Source of the DNA: the human T2T-CHM13v2.0 reference genome, Homo sapiens
NCBI RefSeq assembly: GCF_009914755.1
Contig: NC_060945.1
Reading direction: 5' to 3' (one strand)
Length of the DNA: 64,000 nt
The number at the start of each line of letters is the position of its first letter. Position 1 is the first letter of the stretch. Under the pieces are notes generated by a model. The model did no database searches, had not been told where the DNA came from, and saw only the letters and a list, made by a program, of their open reading frames with translations. Shown one piece after another: positions 26,170 to 37,992 of this stretch. The translations under genes and the position numbers were made by a program.

Positions 26170-27760
26170 AGGTGCCAAGATGGTTTTTCATAGATGCCTA
26201 GCTAATTATTTGAAAGTATGATTTGTATATGATTTGATTTGGCAATGGCATGATAATTCATAGAGCTTGTCATCATTAATCCGGAATGCTATCTTTATTA
26301 TATACTAGATTCTCAAAGGAATTTGGGTCTATTTCTATACTTTGTTTTCTTCTATTGGTTTATCTCTCTGGTGGTAGCAGGCAGATTTGTACGATGATCC
26401 CTGCCTCCTGGTATTCATACCCGTGTGTAATCCCCTCCCCTTGAATGTGGGCTGGACCCAGTGATTTGCTTCTAATGAACTGAATACTGAAAAATTGATG
26501 AGATGTCACTTCTGCAATTAGATTACAAAAACTGAGACCTCCATCCTACTGGTACTCTGTTGCTCTCTCTCTCGTCCTCTCACTTGCTTGCTCTGCTAAA
26601 GCCACCTGCCATGTTGTGAGTTGCCCTGTGGAGAAACTCATGTGCCAAGAGAATGAGCAAGATCGCTAGCCAACAGCTGAGGAGGAACCGAGGTCATCAG
26701 TTCAACAGCCTGAAAGGAACTGAATCCTTCCGACAACCAAGTGAGTGAGCTTGGAAGCAGGTCTTACCCTAGTTGAGCCTTGAGATGACTGTGGCCCCAG
26801 TAGACACGTTGATTGCAGCCTTGTGAAACACCCATAGTCAGAGAACTCAGCTAAATCATGCCCTGATTCCTGACCCACAAAACTATGAGATAATAGGTGT
26901 GTGTTGTTTTAAGCCAATATGTTTTGGGGAAATTTGTTATGCAGCAATAATTAACTAACACAGTAATCCTGCCACAAAATGCTTTAGTTCCTGTAGTCTT
27001 ATATGCTTTGATATTTGATAAAAATAGTTCTGCCTCATCTTATTTTTTCCACATTTTTTCCATTTAATCTTCCAGGCGAACTTATTATAATTTTTTCAAA
27101 TACCTCCCGAATTCCTGTTGCTTTTTTTGAATTTTTGAAAGTTGATTTGATAATTTTAGAGTTTTGAGTTTTTCTATATGGGGACATTTACTCAATTCTG
27201 CTTTTATGTCTCTTCAGTAAAGTTGTAATATTTTCTTTTTATTTGTCCTGTATGTTAACTGCTAAGATGATTTCTAATTATTTTTGTCTTGTTATTATGG
27301 GGTTTTGTTTAATCCTTTTTTTCTTATTATGATTTTGTAGATAGGTAAACTACTCATTTTTGTAAATAACATTTTTAACCAGCCACATTATTTTATCCTT
27401 TTACGCAGTCCTGTAATCTCCAAATTATGACAATTATGCATCTTCTTTTCTAGTACATATACTCTCCTTATTTATTTTTATTTGCTTGCATTAAATTTTA
27501 CTTCCAGAACAATGGACAATAATTGTGATAGCACCATTGTTTCGTTTGTGAAATTTGAATGGAAAATCGAAAGTTTACTGTTAAATTTGTTGCTAGCTTT
27601 TGATGTGATTAAGTGTAAGAACTGATCAATTTTGCTTTGTGTCAGAAATGGGTGTTGTATTTTATGTCATTTCTGCATTTATTGAGATATTTACCTGATT
27701 TTTTATGTGAACTACTAAAATTAGAAGTTATATAATAGATTCTCTAATGTTCACCAATGT
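26170..27760 (-). mobile_element. Ancient L1M(E) ORF2 remnant split by an MLT1 LTR
   Basis: T-rich degraded antisense ORF2 motifs, e.g. TCAGAAATGGGTGTTG..TTTCTGCATTTATTGAGAT; boundaries approximate. Confidence 0.55.
26372..26962 (+). mobile_element. MLT1E/F-type MaLR solo LTR
   Basis: CCTGCCTCCTGGTATTCATACCC..GAACTGAATCCT..AATTTGTTATGCAGCAATA..AACTAACACA. Confidence 0.85.
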
Positions 27761-27889
27761 AGCGACTACATAATATTTCATCAGGTGAAAAGCATTATAG
27801 CTCATATACCTATGCAAGCCAGTTTTTGCTTTTGTAAACACCTATTTGACAAACATATTTACATAGACAACTTTATCCTTTGTTAAAAA

Positions 27890-28059
27890 TAATAATGGGT
27901 AACACATGGAAATGTCTGTATCTCAGGTACTTTACAATCTTTCTATTTACTAACTCATTTTTTAACAATTACAATCACCTTATGAAATAGGTATTATTAT
28001 GATATCCATTTTACAGATGAGATAACTGAGGCACAGAGAAGTTAAATAACTTGCCCAAG
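27890..28059 (-). mobile_element. MIR hosting the THE1A insertion; resumes at 30342-30385
   Basis: CCATTTTACAGATGAGATAACTGAGGCACAGAGAAGTTAAATAACTTGCCCAAG. Confidence 0.8.
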
Positions 28060-30341
28060 TATATTAGTCCATTTTCACACTGCTGATAAAGACATACCTG
28101 AGACTGGGAAGAAAAAGAGATTTAATTGGACTTACAGTTCCACATGGCTGGGGAGGCCTCAGAATCATGGAGGAGGTGAGAGGCACTCTTACATGGCAGA
28201 GGCAAGAGAAAAATGAGGAAGATGCAGAAGGGAAAACCTCTGATATAACCATCAGATCTCGTGAGACTTATTCAATACCATGAGAACAGTATGGGGGAAC
28301 TGCCCCCATTATTCAAATTATCTCCCACTGGGTCCCTCCCACAACATGTGAGAATTACGGGAGTCCAATTCAAGATGAGACTTGGGTGGGGATACAGAAT
28401 CAACCCATATCATTCCACCTCTGGCCTCTTCAAATCTCATGTCCTCACATTTCAAAACCAATCATGCCTTCCCAACAGTCCCTCAAAGTCTTAAGTCATT
28501 TCAGCATTAACCTGAAAGTCCACAGTCCAACTCATCTGATACAAGGGAAGTCTCTTCCACCTATGAGCCTGTAAAATCAAAAGCAAGCTAGTTACTTCCT
28601 AGATACAATGGGATACAGATATTGGGTAAATATAGTCATTCCAAATGGGAGAAATTGGCCAGAACAAAGGGGTTACAGGGCCCATGCAAGTCTGAAATCC
28701 AGCAGGGCAGTAAAATTTTAAAGCTCCAAAATGATCTCCTTTGATTCCATATCTCACATCCAGGTCATGCTGATGCAAGAGGTAGGTTCCCATAGGCTTG
28801 GGCAGCTCTGCCCTTGTGGCTTTGCAGGGTACAACCCCCCTTCTGGCTGCTTTCACGGGCTAGCATTGAGCGTCTATGGCTTTTCCAGGTGCACAGGGCA
28901 GGCTGTCATTGAATCTCCCATTTTGGGGTTTGGAGGACAGTAACCCTCTTCTCACAGCTCCACTAGGTGGTGCACCAGTAGGCACTCTGTGTGGGGGCTC
29001 TGACTCCACATTTCCCTTCTGTACTGCCCTGGCAGAGATTCTCCATGTGGGCCCCACCTGTGTAGCAAACTTTTGCCTGGGCATCCAGGCGTTTCCATGC
29101 ATCTTCTGAAATCTAGGAGGAGGTTCCCAAACCTCAATTCTTGACTTCTGTGCAACTGCAGGCTCAACACCATGTGGAAACTGCCAAGGTTTGGGGCTTG
29201 CACCCTCTGAAAACATGGGCCAAGCTGTATGTTGGACCCTTTTAGCAATGGCTGGAGTGGCTGTGACACAGGGCACCAAGTCCCTATGCTGCACACAGCA
29301 TGAGGACCCTGGGCCCAGCCCATGAAACCATTTTTTCCTCCTATGCTTCTGGGTCTGCGATGGGAGGGGCTGCCATGAAAACCTATGACATGCCCTGGAG
29401 ACATGTTCCCCATTGTCTTGGGGATTCACATTCAACTTTTTGTTACTTATGCAAATTTATGCAGCCAGGTTGAATTTCTCCTCAAAAAAATGGGTTTTCC
29501 TTTTCTACTGCATCATCAGGCTGCAAATTTTCTGAGCTTTTATGCTCTGTTTCCCTTTCAAAATGGAATGCTTTTAACAGCACCCAAGTCACCTCTTGAA
29601 TGCTTCTCTGCTTAGAAATTTCTTTCACCAGATACTCTAAATCATCTCTCTCAAGTTCAAAGTTCCACAAATCTTTAGGGCAGGGGCAAAATGCCACTAG
29701 TTTCTTTGGTAAAACATAACAAGAGTCAACTTTGCTCCCGTTCCTAACAAGTTCTTCAGCTCCATCTGAGGTCACCTCAGCCTGCTTCTTATTGTTCATA
29801 TCACTATCAGCATTTTTGTCAAAGCCATTCAACAAATCTCTAGGAGGTTTCAAACTTTCCTACATTTTCCTGTCTTCTTCTGAGCCCTCTAAACTGTTCC
29901 AACCTCTGCCTGTTACCCAGTTCCAAAGTTGCTTCCACATTTTCAGGTATCTTTTCAGCAACACCCCACTCCTGGTACCAACTTACTGTATTAGTCCATT
30001 TTCACACTGCTGATAAAGGCATACCTGAGACTAGGAAGAAAAAAAGGTTTAATTGGACTTACAGTTCCACATGGCTGGGGAAGCCTCAAAATCATGGTGG
30101 GAGGCAAAAGCCACTTCTTACCTGGTGGTGGCAAGAGAAAAATGAGGAAGATGCAAAAGTGGAGACTCCTGATAAAACCATCAGCTCTCATGAGACTTAT
30201 TCACTACCACAAGAACAGTATGGGGGAACCACACCCATGATTCAAATTATGTCCCACCAGGTCCCTCCCACAACCTGTGAGAATTATGGGAGTACAATTC
30301 AAGATGAGATTTGGGTGGGGACACAGAGCCAAACCATATCA
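28060..30341 (-). mobile_element. Complete THE1A MaLR retroelement: 5' LTR 29987-30341, internal region 28413-29986, 3' LTR 28060-28412
   Basis: Two homologous LTRs in the same orientation, 1574-bp internal region, perfect TSD CCAAG (28055-28059 and 30342-30346), purine-rich tract adjoining the 3' LTR. Confidence 0.95.
28599..29853 (-). pseudogene. Disrupted MaLR (THE1-int) internal ORF remnant
   Basis: ORF piece 29482-29853 (LLNGFDKNADSDMNNK..DLWNFELERDDLEYL..) resembles the THE1 internal ORF; further pieces at 28860-29435 and 28599-28856, separated by stops or frameshifts. Confidence 0.75.
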
Positions 30342-30404
30342 CCAAGTAAGTGTCAGAACCAAGATACAAATCAGGTAGACTGGGCCTTGTTACAAACTAG
30401 ACAA

Positions 30405-30840
30405 TGGCCACTACCACAGTCAAAATATAGAACATTTCCTTCACACCAAAAACTGTCTTCCAGCATTTATGCATTCAGTTTCCTATCCTGCCTAGCTGCA
30501 GGCAATCACTGATGTTTGCTTATCTCTATAGATTAGTTTTCTTGGACTTTCCTGTAAATAGAATCACATTGTAAGTCTTCTTTTACATCTAACTTGTTTT
30601 GGTCAGTATAATGTTTTTCAGATTCACTCATGTTGTTGCATATATCATTAGTTTGTTCCTTTTCCTTGTTAAATAGTATGCCATTGTATGGATTTACCAC
30701 AATTAGTTTATCTATTCACCTATAAATGGACACTTTGTTGGTTTTTCATTTTTAACTATTATAAATATAGCTGCTGTGAACATTTGTATACCCGTTTTGT
30801 GGACATGTTATTATTTCTTTTGGGTAAATAAGTAAGTGTA
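30405..30840 (-). mobile_element. L1MC/ME 3'UTR fragment
   Basis: CAGGCAATCACTGAT..AGATTCACTCATGTTGTTGCAT..GCTGCTGTGAACATTTGT. Confidence 0.7.
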
Positions 30841-31079
30841 TAACATGTCTTTGCTTACATCAATACTGGAATGTCTTGACTTCTAAATTCTCATAACCAC
30901 TCTTCTATTAAATTTTGCTTGTAAAAATATATAAACTACTATTAAAATTTTTAAGTTAATTCTTTTCAGACTCTGTCATCTCAGTGTTGTCATCTATTGC
31001 TTGCATTTTTCATTCAGCTCACGGCTTTCCTGGTTTTTTGTGTGACTAGTACTTTTTGATTAAAACCTGGATACTCAGA

Positions 31080-31908
<829 letters not shown>

Positions 31909-33389
31909 AGGTCGTTTAAGCTAAGTGTGCTGTATCCAATGAGCAATGATTCCTCCTCCTTCTCCTCTCCCCAACTCTTGTCCTCAACCTACTGTTTGCA
32001 TATACTGCATGGCATGTAGTTAAAATTGCCTACTTTATCCTGCACTGGGGCTTGGTGTTTAGGGGGAGTTCACATTCACTTGCCTACGGGTTGTAGATTT
32101 TCCCACACACTTGGCTGAAATTGGTTTGGCCTATTAGCTCTTTGATTCAGTGTTTTTTTCAGGTTCCTCCTTTTTTTGTACTACACCGTTTTCTGCTACC
32201 ACAATACTTCAAAATCTGACTATGTCATCTGTAATGTTTACTTTTCTGAAGGAAAGGTTCGCCACTCACTTCCTAGATAATATGCAATGATAAAAACTTG
32301 GCACAATTTATGACACTGGAACTGGCTACCGTTTTCTACTATGTGTCAATTCCTCTAACTCCAAGAACTGTTGTCCTCCTTTAAATGTATATCTTATGCT
32401 GTCCTAAGTTGGCTATGATGTTTGTAATCTGCTAGTACTTGAAGTAGCCATTGGGGCTTATGTAAGAAAGTGGCCTACTACTCACCTGTGGCAGATGGAA
32501 AAGAGGGGTACTGCTGCCAAAAAGCCCATCTGCTCCCATTGTCTGTGGACTATTTTCAAAGCAAGAGCTCATATGATTCACAGTCATCATCGCTCTAGGA
32601 AAATAAAAAGTTCAGCACATTGGAGCTACCAGCTGTAGGGGAGGGCATCCAATCACTTAGCTTCCCTATCCATTCTAGTGACAAAGGACGCTTTGAAATT
32701 ATATTTAACAAGATATATTATTTCAGGAAGTAACTATTGCTCTCTAAGCAGCATTTGCCTTAGCAGCCTTGAGCCATATGCTAACATATGAGTGTTGCAT
32801 AAGTTCATTTTGTGATCTTCGGTGAGTTAGATACTTTCCTAAATCTCCTTGTTAAAAATCTGTGAAATGGGGCTAATTATGCTAACACATCATGGCATGT
32901 TTGTAGGATTAGGTACTGACAAGATTTGTAAAGAGATTAGCCAATAAAAATCCTTACCATATATATATGCCTTCTATTTAGAAAAGATACCAAGTTCAAA
33001 ATATTTTTACTTATTACATGTACAAAAGAAATTAGAATCTTAAGCAAAGAGGCAAGGATGTGACCAACAGGTCACTTTTGAATGATAAAATTTTTGGTTT
33101 TGGCTTTCACATAAGTGCACAGACTCTGGCTTCTTCTTGCATATGGTAAATTGTTGTAAATGGTTTATTGAGAATTCTCAACATGATATGGCATAAACAG
33201 AAAACTTCTGTTTCAATGACTTCTTTCTCCCCAACTGCACTATAATTACCATCTCCTTTCTTGCTGGGTATATTCACTCTTACCAACATCTTGGTCAGAT
33301 TTTCTAACTTTTCGCTCTAGGTATTAGCTTGGACCTACTTAGGTACTTGCAAATTATCTGAGACTCTTTTACCATTGATAGGTAGTTTA

Positions 33390-33605
33390 GGTTTTCTCTC
33401 CTTGAGTCTGGGTGAATTTGGGGCTGCTTTAATCATCAGAGAACCACAGAAGTGATACTGTGTGACTTCTAAGGTTAGATCACAATATACTTGGTGACAT
33501 TTGTTATATATTATATAATATATATATAAACTTCCATATATATATATACATATATATATATATCTCCTATTAGTTCTGTCCCTCTAGAGAACCCTGACTA
33601 ATACA
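33390..33605 (+). mobile_element. MLT1 LTR 5' fragment joined to an MLT2A LTR 3' terminus via a (TA)n tract
   Basis: CTCCTTGAGTCTGGG..GAAGTGATACTGTGTGACTTCTAAGGTTAG, then (TA)n CCTATTAGTTCTGTCCCTCTAGAGAACCCTGACTAATACA. Confidence 0.7.
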
Positions 33606-33659
33606 GCTACCACGAAAATCATCTGTGGTTTTTAAAAACCCAGTGATTTAACTTATGTG

Positions 33660-33885
33660 CATAATTAATGAATACCTATAATGTCCTGGGTGCTATGGTA
33701 GGCCTTTTACCTTTATTATTTAATCTTCATAACATTTATATAAAGCAACTTCTATTACCTGTCTCTTTCAGAGCAGGACACTGATAGTCTGGGAGGTTGC
33801 GTAACTTGCCTGAGTGGTGAAGTCAGGACTGCAGGATTTCTGTCTGACCTCGGAACCCATTGTCATTTCTCTATACCACCTGCCT
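33660..33885 (-). mobile_element. MIR
   Basis: TTTAATCTTCATAACA..GAGGTTGCGTAACTTGCC..TCTGTCTGAC. Confidence 0.6.
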
Positions 33886-34249
33886 CTTTGTTCAAGAATG
33901 TTAACATGTAATTCTCAAATCAAGTTTTTAAAAATACCTTGTTACTTAAATTGTAAAGTGGACAAAAGTCAGAGTTGCTGGAATTTTCCAAGGAAGTGAC
34001 CTTCATGTTTCCTATTTTGCCACTTTTCTTGGGGTAAATTTATTTTAAACTCCTCTTTAATCCTCACAACGTCCTTATGAAGTATGAAGGAGGAAAATAT
34101 CATTCTTTTTTCCAAGGACATTAGACTAAAGAACTTTAGAATGTGGCATAGTAGAAAAAGTATAGACTTTGGAGTCAGACAGAAGCTCTAATCCTGACAG
34201 ATGCTAAAAATCTAAGTACTTTCAGGAAACTTTCTAAATAGTGCTCTTT

Positions 34250-34542
34250 GGCCAGGTGCGGTGTCTTACGCCTGTAATCCCAACACTTTGGGAGGCCAAG
34301 GCAGGCAGATCACTTGAGGTCAGGAGTTCAAGATCAGCCTGGCCAACATGGTGAAACCCCTTCTCTACTAAAAATACAAAAATTGGCCGGGCATGGTGGC
34401 ATGCGCCTGTAGTCCCAGTTACCTGGGAGGCTGAGGCAGGAGATTCTCTTGAACTCGGGGGCGAAGGTTGCAGTGAGCTGAGAGTGTGCCATTGCACTCC
34501 AGCCTGGGCAACAGAGTGAGACTCCACCTCCCCCCGCCAACA
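34250..34542 (+). mobile_element. AluS (Sz/Sx-like) inserted in a MIR (about 34140-34680)
   Basis: Full Alu with a C-rich degenerate tail; TSD AAATAGTGC(T)C. Confidence 0.95.
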
Positions 34543-35649
34543 AAATAGTGCCTTTACCTGTAAAATGAAAATAATACCACCTCCTTTATAGGATATGAGA
34601 CTTAATACAATATGATCAAACATGATAAGCGTCTGTCTTGGAGCCTAGTTCACAAGAGAAATCCATTAAATGTTAGTCCTTCTTTGCCTATTGCAGCCAC
34701 AATTATTTTACTAACCCTGAGACATTCAAGTGAGGCTGAGTATGAATCACACAGGAAAAATGCTAAGAGCTAGTCCTGTTTTGAGGTAATTTGATCAGTT
34801 ATACATAAAGTGATGCTGTGCAATGGTACTCACAAACATGGGACACCCCAAATCAATATGTTTAGTGAATATTTAAAATACAATTCCAAAAGTTTAGGAG
34901 AGAAGGGGCAAGAAGATACATAGATGATAGAGAATGGGAGAAACCTAGGACTTGTTATCGATTGCAGGAATTGTGATTTCTTTCTGTTGGAATGAGCCAA
35001 GGGAAGGGGAAGAAAATTCATGGAACAGGAGATTGGAATTTGGGTGCAGCCTCCTGGCACGTGCTCATCCTGTTCTTCCAATTTCTGGAGGCTGTGCCTA
35101 CGTGCCTTTTGCCTGTTGCATACCTCGCATCAGTCAGCTCTCTTTGTTTTATTATAGAAAATTGTGCAATCCTTTCTGGTTTGTTTTTGTTAGGATTTCC
35201 TTCCCTTTATCTCTAGCAGGAAAATATTATCCCTTGAAATTTCCTCTGGGACATGATTATTTACAGTAAACTACAATTTAGTGAATTCTTGAGGATTTCT
35301 TCTTGATGTATCCTCTTTTTTATTTTTCATTCTTAAATGCCTTTTGTTTTTGGCTGCTTCTCTCTTGAGTGTTTTGTATATATTTTGAAAAATACCTACC
35401 GGCAGCTTGTATATCTTTTTTCCAAAACCTCTCCAAAGTATTTAAGAAGATATCTTCCATATATATCTTTTGTATATACAAATATATATATTATTTACAT
35501 ATAATATATATTTCATCAGACATATAGTATTTGTGCATCATTATTTTTGTGCATCACAGCTTTATATCTTATATATTTAAGATAATAATCTGCATCATCT
35601 GGCTAGCTTCACTGCTCAGGGGATGGTCAGCTCAGTCCAGATCAGTGTA

Positions 35650-36598
35650 ATCTCTTGCTCCAGTTACCAGATCAGCCTCCTGTCTAGTCTTCCTGGTCCT
35701 GGATTTGCTCACCTTCCCATCTTCCACACACTGAAGGCAGACAAGTCGTCTTCTGAAGAGAAAACCTGATCATATCTGCTTAGTATCTTTCAATAGGGTC
35801 ATCAGACTCAGGGAAGCATGATCTGGCCCCTACCTGTCTCTCCAGCCCATCTCATGAGCTCCCACCCCATTCTATGCCTGGCCATAATGCTGACTTAAGA
35901 GTTACCTGAAGAATGTTTTCCTCTTTCTCCCCTCCTACCCTCTGCACTTGTTACTCTCTCTGCCTTGGGAAGCTCATCTTCACCCTGTAGCTACTTTTGG
36001 CCTGTTTAATTCCCACTCATTGTTTAGGACCTTTGTTTTGTGCTGCTCTAACAGAATACCATAGATGGGATAATGTTTAAATGAACAGAAATTTATTTCT
36101 TACATATCTGGAGGCTGGGAAGTCCAAGATCAAGTGCTTGCATCTGATTGAAGGTCTTCTTGCTGTGTCTTCACAATAGTGAGGCCCAGGGAGAGAGAGA
36201 GAGAGAGAGAGAGACCTGAACTCACCATTCTATAATGATCACACTCCAGCAATATGACACTCATTAATCCATTCATTAGGGTAGAGCTCTCATGCCTAAT
36301 CACCTTTTAATGGTCCCCCTCTTAATACTGCTAAAATGGCAATTACATTTCAACATGAGTTTTGGAGGGGGTAAATATTCCAACCATAGCAAGACCCAAC
36401 TTAAGCATGACTTCTTTCTGGAAGCCTTCTCTAATGTCCCTAGACTGATTTTGTGCTGTTTTATTACTCCTATTTTCTATGCCTATCATGATACCATACT
36501 CTTTTCAAATTATTTGACTGCCACATTAGGGCAGGGCCCTGGCCTGATGAGGTACGTACTCAATAAATATTTGTTAACTGAGTGAGTGAATGAATGAA
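35650..36598 (+). mobile_element. L2 3' region split by an MST LTR
   Basis: CAGCCTCCTGTCTAGTCTTCCTG..CATGATCTGGCCCCTACC..TACTCAATAAATATTTGTTAACTGAGTGAGTGAATGAATGAA. Confidence 0.75.
36032..36391 (-). mobile_element. MSTC/MSTD-like MaLR LTR
   Basis: TGTGCTGCTCTAACAGAATACCA..GAGGCTGGGAAGTCCAAGATCAAG..CCAACCATAGCA; near-TSD GGACC/AGACC. Confidence 0.82.
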
Positions 36599-36611
36599 GA
36601 CAATGCCTTGA

Positions 36612-36856
36612 GGCAGTGTTGCTCAAAGGTTAAGGAAGCTGGAGTGAGGTGGTCTTGGTTTGGATCCTGGTTCTACGCCTAACTAACTGTGAGACTTCTG
36701 GCAAGTTATTGCATCTCAGTTTCTTAACCAGTAACATGGGGATTATAACAGGAAACATCTCATTGAATTATTTTGATTAAATGTTAATAGATATAAACAG
36801 AATGGTACTTACACAGAATACAGTTTCAGGTGTTAGCTATTATTATTATTATTATT
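36612..36856 (+). mobile_element. MIR
   Basis: GGTTTGGATCCTGGTTCTAC..AACTGTGAGACTTCTGGCAAGTTA..TGTTAGCTATTATTATT. Confidence 0.7.
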
Positions 36857-37379
36857 GCCTAAATATTAATCTGGCAACTTAATAGCCAAAGTGGAGGCGT
36901 AGCACCTGACACAGTTTATGAGGAATCGTCCACTCTTAGCTCCATGAGGGATTCACAAGAATTGATTTTTTTAAACTGCTGGATTTCTACAACAATGTTG
37001 TAAATGATTTTAAAAGGTATCCTATATTATAATTTAATATTACAGTTATGGAGAAGACAACTCATATCATTGCTTGAAGGTTTTTAATATGTGCTGGATA
37101 AGTATGTTTTAAGGAATTAGCATCTATTATAGGCTGAATTTTCAGTTAACACAGTCTTGACGACAGACAGAAATCCATGTTAAATAACGTTCTCTAAAAA
37201 CTATATTTAAGATACCAGAAATTAGGTAGAGGAAACTGTAGAATTTTTCAAATAGAAAATACTGATTAAGACTTAGATGAAAACTGTTAGAAAGGTCATA
37301 AATTAGAGAAAAATCATGTTTCACTTGAGTCAACAACAATGGTGTGATTAACACTTTTTTTTACTGGGTCCAGAAATGA

Positions 37380-37446
37380 AGGAGGAGGGAAGGAGAGAGA
37401 GAGGGAGGGAGGGAAGGAGGTAGAGAAGGAGGGAGAGAGAGAGAGA
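37380..37446. repeat. GA-rich polypurine low-complexity tract
   Basis: GGAGGAGGGAAGGAGAGAGAGAGGGAGGGAGGGAAGG...GAGAGAGAGAGA. Confidence 0.9.
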
Positions 37447-37992
37447 AAAAAAAAACTTGGAAGGAGTATTTTCCATCACAAATTATAGGGAGTAGCTATC
37501 AATCACACTTTTTAAGGAAATCAAAGGTGGGATAAAAGTGCTTGCAGGGTCTTTGGATACAAAGATGGTGAGAAGCCAGATAAGCTTTGAGAAGCTCAAT
37601 CTTCAAATTACGAGATTCAGCATGAATTAGATTGACTTGAACCAGGGGAAAAACCAGGATTAGGTTAAGCAGTGATTCAGAAATGTTCAGTTAGTAACTG
37701 AGACAACTCTATGTAGGTACTAACATAAATGATATTGAATGTTTGAGTGTCATCTTCTTTAGGATTTATGTTTTTGTTATTTTGGCAAAATAGCATTAAC
37801 TAAATGGAAACCATACTGTATTTTATTTTCTTCATTTTAGTTACTTCTGCCCATAGCAAACAGCTTTTTGGATTGAGAGGCAGTGTTAAATGTAACATCG
37901 GCTACAGGAATAAACAAGAGTTCCTGCCCTTGCCTTGAGGCAGTGTAGCTTGAGTCAGACAGCCTGCGTCTGGGTTCTACTGCAAGTCAGTA

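Noticed and set aside
28860-29435. 191-aa and overlapping ORFs as a functional gene
   Set aside because: These are fragments within THE1 internal sequence, separated by stops and frameshifts.
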